Origin: Calditrichia bacterium
GTDB taxonomy: Bacteria > Calditrichota > Calditrichia > RBG-13-44-9
Direction: 5' to 3'
Assembly (NCBI GenBank): GCA_037381445.1
Contig: JARRQT010000007.1
Span: 1-29,039 of the forward strand
DNA length: 29,039 nucleotides
Shown: one piece after another, positions 17,335 to 25,872 of the stretch
Layout: each line of letters opens with the position of its first letter
Numbering within the stretch: position 1 is the first letter of the stretch
The notes under the pieces: generated by a model
Seen by the model: the letters and a program-made list of their open reading frames with translations, nothing else
The model's database searches: none
What the model was told of the DNA's origin: nothing
Translations under genes and position numbers: made by a program

Positions 17335-19989
17335 TTATAAGTTCCACCAGTAGGTCCACTTCAGCAGGAAAATATTATCAGCAGCCGCGTTCCAGAGCCG
17401 TTCGACGGAGCGGTTAAAGGCAAAAGCACCATCCACTACCGACTCGGAACGGTTCTGCGTCCAGACCAGAAAAAGGGTGGAACCAGGCCGGTATTCCCAG
17501 CGGAGCACCGCGTTTCCCCGTAACGATCTGAAGTTAAAATCCGGATTATCGAACTCGAAAGAGCGCGACGGTCCTCCGCCATCCGGATCGATGGTATAGG
17601 TATCATCCGCAAGTTTTACATTATTGCCGGAAAAAGCATTGAAATCATATGTGCGGGGATATGCCAGTCCCTTATAATTATAATAATTGCCAGAGGAAAT
17701 CAGCGGCTGTGCATAGAGCTGAAAGCTCAGCCGGGGCGAAAAGGTCCAGTTTACCCGGATATTGGCTTTCAATTCCCTTTGATTCATATTGGCAAAAACA
17801 TAACGATTCCCAAAAGTATTAATAGCATACGGATCTTCAAAGGAATCTACCCACTGCGCAAATTCATGATTCCAGACCATCTCAGGACCCACCTGAATGG
17901 ATAGATTACTGCGCGGCTTCCATTCCACCGAAGCGCTGATCATATTATTATATTCCTGCGGACTCCGGTAATAGCCATAGGTCCCGGACACAAATACCCA
18001 GGTTTTCCGGTGATCTGTTTCCAGAAACAGTTCTCTCTCCCACCCGGCCGGAATCCGGACCAGGGGCCCGCCGCGGGTGAAGGTATTGCTGTAGGTCACC
18101 GGATTATAGGCCAGCGAATAATACAATTGATAATAATTGAGGAATTCAAAATAGCCGTGCTGCCACACGCCGCGCCAGAGGTTATTCCCGTCAAAATCAT
18201 AGGTCTGAAAAACCGCCCCGAGCAGCTCTGCATAGCGGAAAATTTTGCCGGGTTTGGTCCATTTATAGCCGCCGCCAAGATGGGCGTTGATCAAATCCGC
18301 CCGCCACAGGAATCCGACATCATTGATATCGAATCCCGGCGAAATAACTCCGAAAGCCGAATTAAGAATCACATTCCCTTTTTGCTTGTTGAGGGACAGC
18401 CGGCCCGCATATCCCCTGAGATGGTTGGTTGAACTATCCACGCTGAAATATCGGGCGTCAGGTCTTTGAAAATAATGGCGGGAACTGCGCTGCAATTCAA
18501 CCATTCGCGCATGGTTTCCGCGGACATCCGAAAACCCGCCCCAGCCGGTTACCACCCAGACCTTCGACTTATCCAGAAACGTCCAGCCGTCCATCCCAAA
18601 AGAAAAAGCACTTTGGTTAATATCGTTGCGGAGCGATTCTTCCCTGAAATTCCGGGCGGCATAGGATGAAAGAACGCCCAACGCTTGCCGTCCATTATTA
18701 ATTTCCTTCTGGGCCCGAAAAATTCCATAATAACTCAGCGGCTCCACTTCACTTCGGAATCTTTGCCCGTTCACGGCATATCTGGCCATCTCCCGCCGGG
18801 TTACCGCATGCACCGTCCCGATGTTCCAGTTGTTCCGTATTTTTCCGGTTATTTTTGCAGCCCCGCTGATATGCGCTCCCTGTGGTATGCTCGCGAAATC
18901 GTAATCCGGCAGTTCGCCCTGCGGCGCCCGGCCAATCCGCCGGCTGTAGAAGAAATCCGGATTGCTCCAGTTAAAACTCCAATTGCTGCTGGAGCCGCCG
19001 GATCCGAAATCGAAAATCGAAGCACCTTCAATAAAAAAAGGACGTTTCTCCTCAAAGAATGTCTCCACGTCGCTCAGGTTCACCACTGCCGGGTCCACTT
19101 CCACCTGCCCGAAATCCGGATTGACGGTCATATCCAGGGTCAGATTGCTGCCGATTCCGTATTTCAGGTCCATTCCCATGTCCGGTGAATAGCTGGACCC
19201 ATCGTTGAACGGATCGCCGGCTTCGGGGTGCAGATACTCCGCCCTGGTGCGGACATAAGGCAGGATTTCCAGGTGATGGGGCGGATTTATGCTTTCAATT
19301 CCCACCAAATCCACAAACCGGGAGACAAAACCGCTGCCGTCCTTTGGCGTGAAGACGATATAATCCCGCTCATTCTTCCGCTGAATATCGCGGCGGAAAT
19401 TTATCCCCCACACGTGCTTGTCCCGGTTCTGAAACCGGAGCTGAGAAAAGGGAATCCGGAATTCGGCAGTCCAGCCTTTGTCGTCAATTTTCGTCACCGC
19501 CTGCCATACCCCGTCCCAGGAATCATCATCCCAGTCATCGTTCATCAGCACGCCGTCGTAATAGGTGCCCGCCGCATTCACAGCAAAGTAGTAACCGCTT
19601 CGCTTGTCGTGGTAGGGGTCCAGAAACACAATGAAAGCATCCGAATTCATATCTACATCTTTGCGCCCCAGCCGGGCCACAATTGATTTCGGAGATGAAT
19701 CAAACATGCGCGCCGCAATATAGAGCGCTTCATTATCATATGCCACCCAAACCATCGTGCTCTCCGAAGGCTGGCCCCCTTCAGTGGGATCACGCATCAC
19801 GAAACGGGAAGTCCCTTGCATATTATTCCAGACCGGCTCGGCCAGAACCCCATCGATGGCCGGCGTCTCATTCAGCCGAACGGCGCAAATCCGGAAATCA
19901 GCGGGGAGGTTACCCCCTGACGATTCGGCATTTGCCTGAAATACAAAACTTAGTATAATGCAGAGTATAAAGCCGGGATAATTTTTCAT
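17335..19989 (-). CDS. CBM9-like plus DUF5916 outer membrane protein
   Basis: Signal peptide from MKNYPGF (ATG 19989); PAIDGVL, YDNEALYIAA, WTAEFRIPFSQLRF, WGINF, TVNPDFGQVEVD, FFEEKRPFFIEG, LRWEYRPGSTLFLVW; aromatic C-terminus. Confidence 0.88.
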   Translation of the reverse strand: MKNYPGFILCIILSFVFQANAESSGGNLPADFRICAVRLNETPAIDGVLAEPVWNNMQGTSRFVMRDPTEGGQPSESTMVWVAYDNEALYIAARMFDSSPKSIVARLGRKDVDMNSDAFIVFLDPYHDKRSGYYFAVNAAGTYYDGVLMNDDWDDDSWDGVWQAVTKIDDKGWTAEFRIPFSQLRFQNRDKHVWGINFRRDIQRKNERDYIVFTPKDGSGFVSRFVDLVGIESINPPHHLEILPYVRTRAEYLHPEAGDPFNDGSSYSPDMGMDLKYGIGSNLTLDMTVNPDFGQVEVDPAVVNLSDVETFFEEKRPFFIEGASIFDFGSGGSSSNWSFNWSNPDFFYSRRIGRAPQGELPDYDFASIPQGAHISGAAKITGKIRNNWNIGTVHAVTRREMARYAVNGQRFRSEVEPLSYYGIFRAQKEINNGRQALGVLSSYAARNFREESLRNDINQSAFSFGMDGWTFLDKSKVWVVTGWGGFSDVRGNHARMVELQRSSRHYFQRPDARYFSVDSSTNHLRGYAGRLSLNKQKGNVILNSAFGVISPGFDINDVGFLWRADLINAHLGGGYKWTKPGKIFRYAELLGAVFQTYDFDGNNLWRGVWQHGYFEFLNYYQLYYSLAYNPVTYSNTFTRGGPLVRIPAGWERELFLETDHRKTWVFVSGTYGYYRSPQEYNNMISASVEWKPRSNLSIQVGPEMVWNHEFAQWVDSFEDPYAINTFGNRYVFANMNQRELKANIRVNWTFSPRLSFQLYAQPLISSGNYYNYKGLAYPRTYDFNAFSGNNVKLADDTYTIDPDGGGPSRSFEFDNPDFNFRSLRGNAVLRWEYRPGSTLFLVWTQNRSESVVDGAFAFNRSVERLWNAAADNIFLLKWTYWWNL

Positions 19990-20143
19990 CTCAGTCGAGC
20001 CGCCTCTTTTCTGACAGAGAAGCATATGCTCCTCATTGAGACGAAATTCGTTCAAAAAAGTTTGCAAATATCAGGGCCATTCCACAATATTTTTTTGAAG
20101 CAAAGACACAGGATCAGGGTCGCATCATTTCCTTCTGTCCAGA

Positions 20144-20172
20144 TTGCTTTCTCCGGCATGTTCTCTTATATT
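20144..20172 (+). promoter_or_regulatory. Putative sigma70 promoter of the TPP riboswitch leader
   Basis: TTGCTT-N17-TATATT places +1 at about 20179, right at the aptamer P1 start. Confidence 0.55.
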
Positions 20173-20179
20173 TGAGCTG

Positions 20180-20262
20180 TCCGTTGGGGGTGCTTCCAAA
20201 AACGGGAGCTGAGAAAATACCCCTCGAACCTGATCCGGATCATGCCGGCGTAGGAAAATGGA
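20180..20262 (+). ncRNA. TPP riboswitch (THI element) aptamer
   Basis: GGGGTGC...GCTGAGA...ACCC...GAACCTGATCCGGATCATGCCGGCGTAGGAA; P1 TCCGTT/AATGGA; thiN lies downstream. Confidence 0.96.
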
Positions 20263-20304
20263 TTTCGAAAAATAGAGTTTGAAATGAGTTGTTTTCCGAT
20301 ATCG

Positions 20305-20343
20305 AAGCCGTTTCCCTGCGCCGGGGGAACGGCTTTTTTGTTT
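20305..20343 (+). terminator. Intrinsic terminator forming the riboswitch expression platform
   Basis: AAGCCGTTTCCCTG-CGC-CGGGGGAACGGCTT followed by TTTTGTTT, just upstream of the RBS AGAGGAG. Confidence 0.88.
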
Positions 20344-20361
20344 AACAGAGGAGTATGCAGA

Positions 20362-22809
20362 ATGAAAATATTTTCTATCCTTATTTTTATGTTATTCAGC
20401 TCGGCGGCGCTCGCTCAAACCGGCAAAATTGCAGGCAGCATAAAAGATCAAAAAACGCAGGAGTCGCTGGTCGGCGCGAACATTGAATTAAAAGAGATCA
20501 ATCGTGGTACCACCAGCGATGAAAACGGCGAATTCGAGTTGAAAGATGTTCCTGCAGGAAATTACACGCTCTCAATTTCCTACATGGGGTATGAAAAATA
20601 TAAAATGGCCCTCAGCGTAAAAACCGGCCAGATAAGCAAAATAGACGCCCTGCTCCGGCCCTCCGCCATACTAGGAAAGGAAGTGATTATTGTCTCCACC
20701 CGCGCTACCGAGGGCGAAACGCCGGCCGCTTTTTTGACCCTCAAAAAAGAAGACATCCAGACCCATTATTACGCGCAGGATGTTCCGGCCCTGCTCAGCG
20801 AACTGCCCTCCACCACCTTTTATTCCGAAAACGGCAATGGCATCGGCTATAATTATCTTTCCATCCGCGGCTTCGGGCAGCGGCGGATTTCAGTGATGAT
20901 CAACGGCGTGCCGCAGAACGATCCCGAAGACCACAACGTTTACTGGCTGGATTTCCCGGACCTGCTGGGGAACGTGCAGGACGTGCAGGTGCAGCGCGGA
21001 GCCGGAAGCGCTTTCTACGGCCCGCCCGCCATCGGCGGTTCGGTGAACATCGTTACCTCCCAGTTCTCGCAGAACAGGAAAATCAGTTTTTATGCCGGAC
21101 AGGGCACTTACAACACGCAAAAGTATTCCCTTTCCCTGAACAGCGGACTGATTCACAATCAATATGTTGTCTTCGGACGCTTTTCGCGGATAAAAAGCGA
21201 CGGATACCGGGAGCAGTCCTGGACAGACTTTAAAAGCTACTTTATCGGCGCGGCCCGTTTCGGCAAGCGGTCTTCGCTCCGCCTGCACTTTTACGGCGGT
21301 CCGGTGGAAGACCATTTGGCCTATTACGGAATCTCAAAAGAATTGGCTCTGGACCGTTCCGCCCGTCGGCAAAATCCCATTCAGCGCCCCGATGAGATTG
21401 AAAATTTCAACCAGCCCCATCTGGAACTGATTCACGAATACCAGTTGACAAATCACCTGAAAGTGAACAATACCTTATTCGCGGTGCGGGGATTCGGCTT
21501 TTTCGATTATGACGGATCGTGGGCGCCCATGTCCTATTACCGTCTCACACCGGCTTACGGATTTGATGTGCAGGGCGATCCCGGAAATGCCTATGCACAG
21601 AGCATATTAATCCGGGCCTATGTGGACAACAGGCAGGCAGGGTGGATGCCGCAGCTTCAATGGACCCATGCCCGCGGCACGGTCATTGCCGGAAGTGAAA
21701 TCCGCTTTCACCGCTCCCTGCATTGGGGACGAATCCAGAAGGGCAGCGGCGATCTGCCGCAGGCGGTTTCAGGACCCTATTCGGGCCTCAATTATATCGG
21801 CGACCGGCACTATTATGAATACAAAGGCGCAAAGGATATAATTTCACCCTATGTTCATACAACCTACCGGTTCTGGCCGGATCTGATGGGTATGTTTGAT
21901 TTGCAGCTTTCCTATAACCGCTACCGCCTGTATGATGAAAAATTTCTCGGAAACGACTTCTCGGTCGATTACTATTTTCTGAATCCGCGGGCGGGATTGA
22001 ATTATATTTTAAACAGCAATCTGAATGTATTTGCCAGCTATTCCCGAACCAGCCGCGAACCCCGGCTCAAAAATTTTTATGATGCTGCGGAAGCCAGCAC
22101 GCCGGACAGTTGGGGGGCGGTGGTGCCGCAGTTCGATGTAACGCCGGCCGGCACATACGACTTTAATGATCCGCTTGTCAAACCGGAAACACTCCACGAT
22201 TTTGAGATCGGAATGGGATACAACCGGGGGCAAATGCATGTTCACCTGAATTTGTTTTATATGAATTTTAAAAATGAAATCATCAAAAACGGTCAGTTGG
22301 ACCGGTTCGGCCAGCCCCGCACGGGCAATGCCGACCGCACTTTGCATACCGGGGTTGAACTGGCATTGCAGGGGAATATCACAAATGAACTGCTCTTCAG
22401 TGGAAATTTTACTTACAGCAAAAACGAATTGAAAAAATATGGAGAATACGTTTCAGATGGCACGCTGCAATCGCTGGACGGCAATCCCATCGCCGGTTTT
22501 CCGGACTTGCTGGGAAATACAAGACTGACCTACAGAAAAAAGGGATTCGCCGCTTCGGTCGGCATGCAGCACGTGGGAAAGCAGCATACGGACAATTACA
22601 GAAACGAAAGGAACACAGTAGATCCCTATACAGTATTCAATGGGATGCTGGGATATACTTTTTTCAATGTTTCAGGTCTATCCGGCATAAATTTTCAATT
22701 CCATATTCAGAATATTTTTGATACATTGTATATCACTCATGGTGAAGGCGAGGAGTTCTTTCCGGCGGCTGAACGGCAGATATTTCTGAACATGAAGGTG
22801 GACATCTAA
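20362..22809 (+). CDS. TonB-dependent receptor, predicted thiamine uptake
   Basis: Signal peptide; CarboxypepD-like N-domain (GTTSDENGEF, SYMGY); plug motifs LSIRGF, INGVPQND, VQRGAGSAFYG, GGSVNI; barrel motifs KPETLHDFEIG, QNIFD. Substrate is inferred from the TPP riboswitch. The ORF-track start at 20284 runs through the terminator, so 20362 is preferred. Confidence 0.92.
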   Translation: MKIFSILIFMLFSSAALAQTGKIAGSIKDQKTQESLVGANIELKEINRGTTSDENGEFELKDVPAGNYTLSISYMGYEKYKMALSVKTGQISKIDALLRPSAILGKEVIIVSTRATEGETPAAFLTLKKEDIQTHYYAQDVPALLSELPSTTFYSENGNGIGYNYLSIRGFGQRRISVMINGVPQNDPEDHNVYWLDFPDLLGNVQDVQVQRGAGSAFYGPPAIGGSVNIVTSQFSQNRKISFYAGQGTYNTQKYSLSLNSGLIHNQYVVFGRFSRIKSDGYREQSWTDFKSYFIGAARFGKRSSLRLHFYGGPVEDHLAYYGISKELALDRSARRQNPIQRPDEIENFNQPHLELIHEYQLTNHLKVNNTLFAVRGFGFFDYDGSWAPMSYYRLTPAYGFDVQGDPGNAYAQSILIRAYVDNRQAGWMPQLQWTHARGTVIAGSEIRFHRSLHWGRIQKGSGDLPQAVSGPYSGLNYIGDRHYYEYKGAKDIISPYVHTTYRFWPDLMGMFDLQLSYNRYRLYDEKFLGNDFSVDYYFLNPRAGLNYILNSNLNVFASYSRTSREPRLKNFYDAAEASTPDSWGAVVPQFDVTPAGTYDFNDPLVKPETLHDFEIGMGYNRGQMHVHLNLFYMNFKNEIIKNGQLDRFGQPRTGNADRTLHTGVELALQGNITNELLFSGNFTYSKNELKKYGEYVSDGTLQSLDGNPIAGFPDLLGNTRLTYRKKGFAASVGMQHVGKQHTDNYRNERNTVDPYTVFNGMLGYTFFNVSGLSGINFQFHIQNIFDTLYITHGEGEEFFPAAERQIFLNMKVDI

Positions 22810-22907
22810 GTTGGATTGTCCGGGCTGAGCGGTTTTCTCAAACAGACAAAATTAACGGATTTCGAATTGAACCAGGGCAGTAATTGCGGGCGCCGCGGCA
22901 GGAGTTA

Positions 22908-22936
22908 TTCACCAGCTTGTTCTTCCCGCTTATAAT
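22908..22936 (+). promoter_or_regulatory. Possible internal sigma70 promoter upstream of SDR-thiN
   Basis: TTCACC-N17-TATAAT. Confidence 0.4.
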
Positions 22937-22957
22937 TATGAAATACCGGAAACCCAT

Positions 22958-23575
22958 ATGAATAATGCATACAGCCGGGTCACGGCAATTACCCGCAGGC
23001 CTCTCGATTTAACCCATCCCAAACTGGAAAATGCGGTGATTGATTTTGAGCACCTGGAAAAGGAAATCGGTGATGTCAAATCCGATCATATCTTTTGCTG
23101 CCTGGGGACCACCATTAAAAAGGCCGGCTCACAGGGTGCTTTCCGGAAGGTGGATTTTTCCTATCCCCTGCAGCTTGCCAAAATTGGGGCCGGAAACGGG
23201 GCGTCCCAGTTTCTGCTGATCAGCGCCATGGGGGCAAATCCGCAATCCCGGCTTTTCTATAACCGGGTTAAGGGAGAAGTGGAGGAGGCGGTTTCAAAAA
23301 TCGATGTATACGGAATCCAGATTTTCAGACCCTCCCTCCTGCTGGGAAGAAGAGAAGAATTCAGATTGGGCGAGAAGCTCGGTGAATTTTTCATGGGCGT
23401 TTTTTCTCCACTCATGATTGGAAATTTGCGAAAGTACCGACCCATCCGGGCAAAGGATGTCGCCCGCGGCATGGTCGAAATCGCCAAAACGGAACTGAAA
23501 GGCGTTAACATATTCGAATCCGATAAGATCCAATTCCTGTGTGATCGCCTAAAACAAAAGGAATCCCATGAATAA
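22958..23575 (+). CDS. CC3/TIP30/YraR-like atypical SDR (NAD(P)-binding) lacking the N-terminal GxxGxxG motif
   Basis: FCCLGTTIKKAGS...FRKVD, ISAMGA...FYNRVKGEVE, IFRPSLLLG, YRPI.A.DVA. The protein begins at what is normally the second Rossmann strand. Confidence 0.8.
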   Translation: MNNAYSRVTAITRRPLDLTHPKLENAVIDFEHLEKEIGDVKSDHIFCCLGTTIKKAGSQGAFRKVDFSYPLQLAKIGAGNGASQFLLISAMGANPQSRLFYNRVKGEVEEAVSKIDVYGIQIFRPSLLLGRREEFRLGEKLGEFFMGVFSPLMIGNLRKYRPIRAKDVARGMVEIAKTELKGVNIFESDKIQFLCDRLKQKESHE

Positions 23576-24221
23576 CAAAACCTTTTTGCTGATTGCCAAT
23601 GGCGAACTGGACTGCCGGCAGCTCCGGCAGCTCAGTCAGGAGCCGGTCGATCAAATTGTTGCAACCGATGGCGGCGCCCTGCAGGCGCTGGGCTGCGGCA
23701 TTCTTCCCCACGTAGTCATCGGCGATCTCGATTCCGGGGGCCAGTTTCTGCAGGACAAACTCACGGAAACCCGCTTCATCCGGCGTCCCTCGCAAAATAT
23801 GAATGACCTGGAAAAAGCACTTATTTACTGCCAGGAGCAGCAGGCACAATCTCTGATTATATTGGGCGTTACCGGCGGCCGCCTGGATCATACCATCAAT
23901 AACATATCTGTTCTGGCGAGATACGATACGCAATTCAACATGGAAATCCACGACCGCTATTCCCGGATTTTTCTGGTTCGCAAGATGTTTGAATATGCAG
24001 GCGAGCAGGGACAAAATGTCTCGCTTCTTCCGGCAGGTAAAGTTGAAGGCATCACCACCCGGGGCCTTAAATATTCTCTGCAAAATGAAATCCTTGAATT
24101 TGGGGTGCGGGAAGGACTGAGTAATATCATCACCCAAAACCCGATTAAAATAACCATTGAGAGCGGCCTGCTCCTGGTTTTTGTGAACCGGACCGATAAA
24201 GTACCGAAAGAGACGAAATAA
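23568..24221 (+). CDS. thiN: Thiamine diphosphokinase
   Basis: IANG, ATDGGA, IGDLDS, NDLEKAL, GGRLDH, GLKYSL, GLSN motifs; 8-bp overlap with the upstream ORF. Confidence 0.95.
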   Translation: MNNKTFLLIANGELDCRQLRQLSQEPVDQIVATDGGALQALGCGILPHVVIGDLDSGGQFLQDKLTETRFIRRPSQNMNDLEKALIYCQEQQAQSLIILGVTGGRLDHTINNISVLARYDTQFNMEIHDRYSRIFLVRKMFEYAGEQGQNVSLLPAGKVEGITTRGLKYSLQNEILEFGVREGLSNIITQNPIKITIESGLLLVFVNRTDKVPKETK

Positions 24222-24336
24222 TCAAACATAATATAGAAATTGAATTTTTGATGATTTGCTACTGGAATCCGCTCATAGCCATTGCTTTCCGATTGGATTC
24301 ATTCATGAAAAGCATTAAACGGGTCCGGAAAGAAGC

Positions 24337-25770
24337 ATGATCAAGTTACATCCACTGGAAATTCTGCCGATCGTTATTTATCTGATATTTCTTCTTTACA
24401 TTGGATTCAGGCACAAAACCCAAACCGGCAGCGAAGATGATTTTATTCTGGGCGGAAGGCAGCTTACGCTCCCCGCATTCATCGCTACCCTGGTCACCAC
24501 CTGGTACGGAGGAATTCTGGGAGTGGGAGAATTCACCTATCGCTACGGACTTTCCAACTGGTTCGTGTTTGGATTCCCCTATTACATTTTTGCCATTTTA
24601 TTCGCGATTTTCCTGGCATCGAAAGTCAGGAAGGCCCAGTTGCTCTCCATCCCCGATCAATTATTCAAGCACTACGGAAAGCGCAGCGGATTTATCGGAA
24701 CCGTATTTACCTTTTTTATGACCCTTCCCGCGGCATATGTGCTGATGGTGGGATTGATGATGCAACTAATCACCGGATGGAGCCTGTGGATATGCATTAT
24801 TATCGGAACCCTTTTTTCCATGATTTATGTGCTCTCCGGCGGATTCCATTCGGTGGTGCGCACTGATAAACTGCAGTTTGCCCTGATGTTTGGCGGCTTT
24901 ATTTTGTTGTTCATCGAACTGGTGGAAAAATACGGGGGATTGCCATTCCTGAGAGCGCACCTGCCGCCGCTGCACCTGACCCTGAGCGGCGGCAACAGCG
25001 CCCAGTATATTATCGTGTGGTTTTTCATCGCCATATGGACGCTGGTGGACCCGGGATTTCATCAGCGCTGCTATGCGGCCCGAACACCGAACACTGCCAG
25101 GCGGGGCATACTGATTTCGGTTTTTTTCTGGATGTTGTTCGATTTTTTGACCACGTCCACAGGCCTTTATGCCAGGGCCCTCCTTTCGAATATTGATGCC
25201 CCCCTCTCCTATCCCCTTCTTTCCAACCGGATCCTGCCGCCGGTTCTCTCGGGGCTGTTTCTCACAGGATTGCTGGCAACCATCATGTCCACTTTGGACA
25301 GCATGTTCCTGCTGTCCGCCATTACCATCGGACATGATTTTTTCGCCAGGCTGCGGAAAGAGGCAAAATTTAAGGTCCGTTTCACCCAGGCGGGACTGCT
25401 GGTCAGTGCGTTTGTCTCAATTATCATGGCACTCCTGTTCCCTTCCGTCATTCAACTGTGGTATATCATCGGGACACTGTTCATTCCTCCCATGCTGGTA
25501 CCGGTGCTGGGAAGCTACTATTCCATTTTCAGGCTCCCCAAAAAACTGGCGCTGCTCAATCTGATTCTGCCCTTCGGGATTTCGCTATTCTTTCTGCTGG
25601 AGTCGCTTTCCATCAGCCCTTCCATTTCAAATTTGAATTACTGGCTGGGAGTACAGCCCATGTATCCCGGCCTCACGGTTTCCGGAATCATTTTGGTTTT
25701 TCACTGGCTAAGGGAAAAGAATGCGGTGCTTCTGCTGAAACGGGAAGAATCATCCCGCCGACAATTGTAA
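24337..25770 (+). CDS. Sodium:solute symporter (SSS/SLC5-6-like), candidate thiamine transporter
   Basis: About 13 hydrophobic segments; DFILGGRQL, YVLSGGFHSVVRTDKLQ, QRCYAA, GLLATIMSTLDS. Confidence 0.9.
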   Translation: MIKLHPLEILPIVIYLIFLLYIGFRHKTQTGSEDDFILGGRQLTLPAFIATLVTTWYGGILGVGEFTYRYGLSNWFVFGFPYYIFAILFAIFLASKVRKAQLLSIPDQLFKHYGKRSGFIGTVFTFFMTLPAAYVLMVGLMMQLITGWSLWICIIIGTLFSMIYVLSGGFHSVVRTDKLQFALMFGGFILLFIELVEKYGGLPFLRAHLPPLHLTLSGGNSAQYIIVWFFIAIWTLVDPGFHQRCYAARTPNTARRGILISVFFWMLFDFLTTSTGLYARALLSNIDAPLSYPLLSNRILPPVLSGLFLTGLLATIMSTLDSMFLLSAITIGHDFFARLRKEAKFKVRFTQAGLLVSAFVSIIMALLFPSVIQLWYIIGTLFIPPMLVPVLGSYYSIFRLPKKLALLNLILPFGISLFFLLESLSISPSISNLNYWLGVQPMYPGLTVSGIILVFHWLREKNAVLLLKREESSRRQL

Positions 25771-25777
25771 AAGCTTC

Positions 25778-25812
25778 TTGACAATTGTGTAATATTGCGT
25801 TAAATATCACAA
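25778..25812 (+). promoter_or_regulatory. Putative ccmF promoter with an overlapping Rex/CRP-type dyad
   Basis: TTGACA at 25778; TTGCG-TTAAATAT-CACAA at 25795-25812 overlapping a weak -10. Confidence 0.35.
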
Positions 25813-25872
25813 ACCAAAACTAAGCCAATAATTCGTGGCTATAATCTTTTTATCAATTATAGAGGAGACTGA

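Noticed and set aside
20284..20361. Extended N-terminus of the TonB receptor in the ORF track
   Set aside because: It runs through the riboswitch terminator; the RBS and signal peptide support ATG 20362.
23505..24137. 210-aa antisense ORF over thiN
   Set aside because: Antisense shadow of a clearly identified enzyme.
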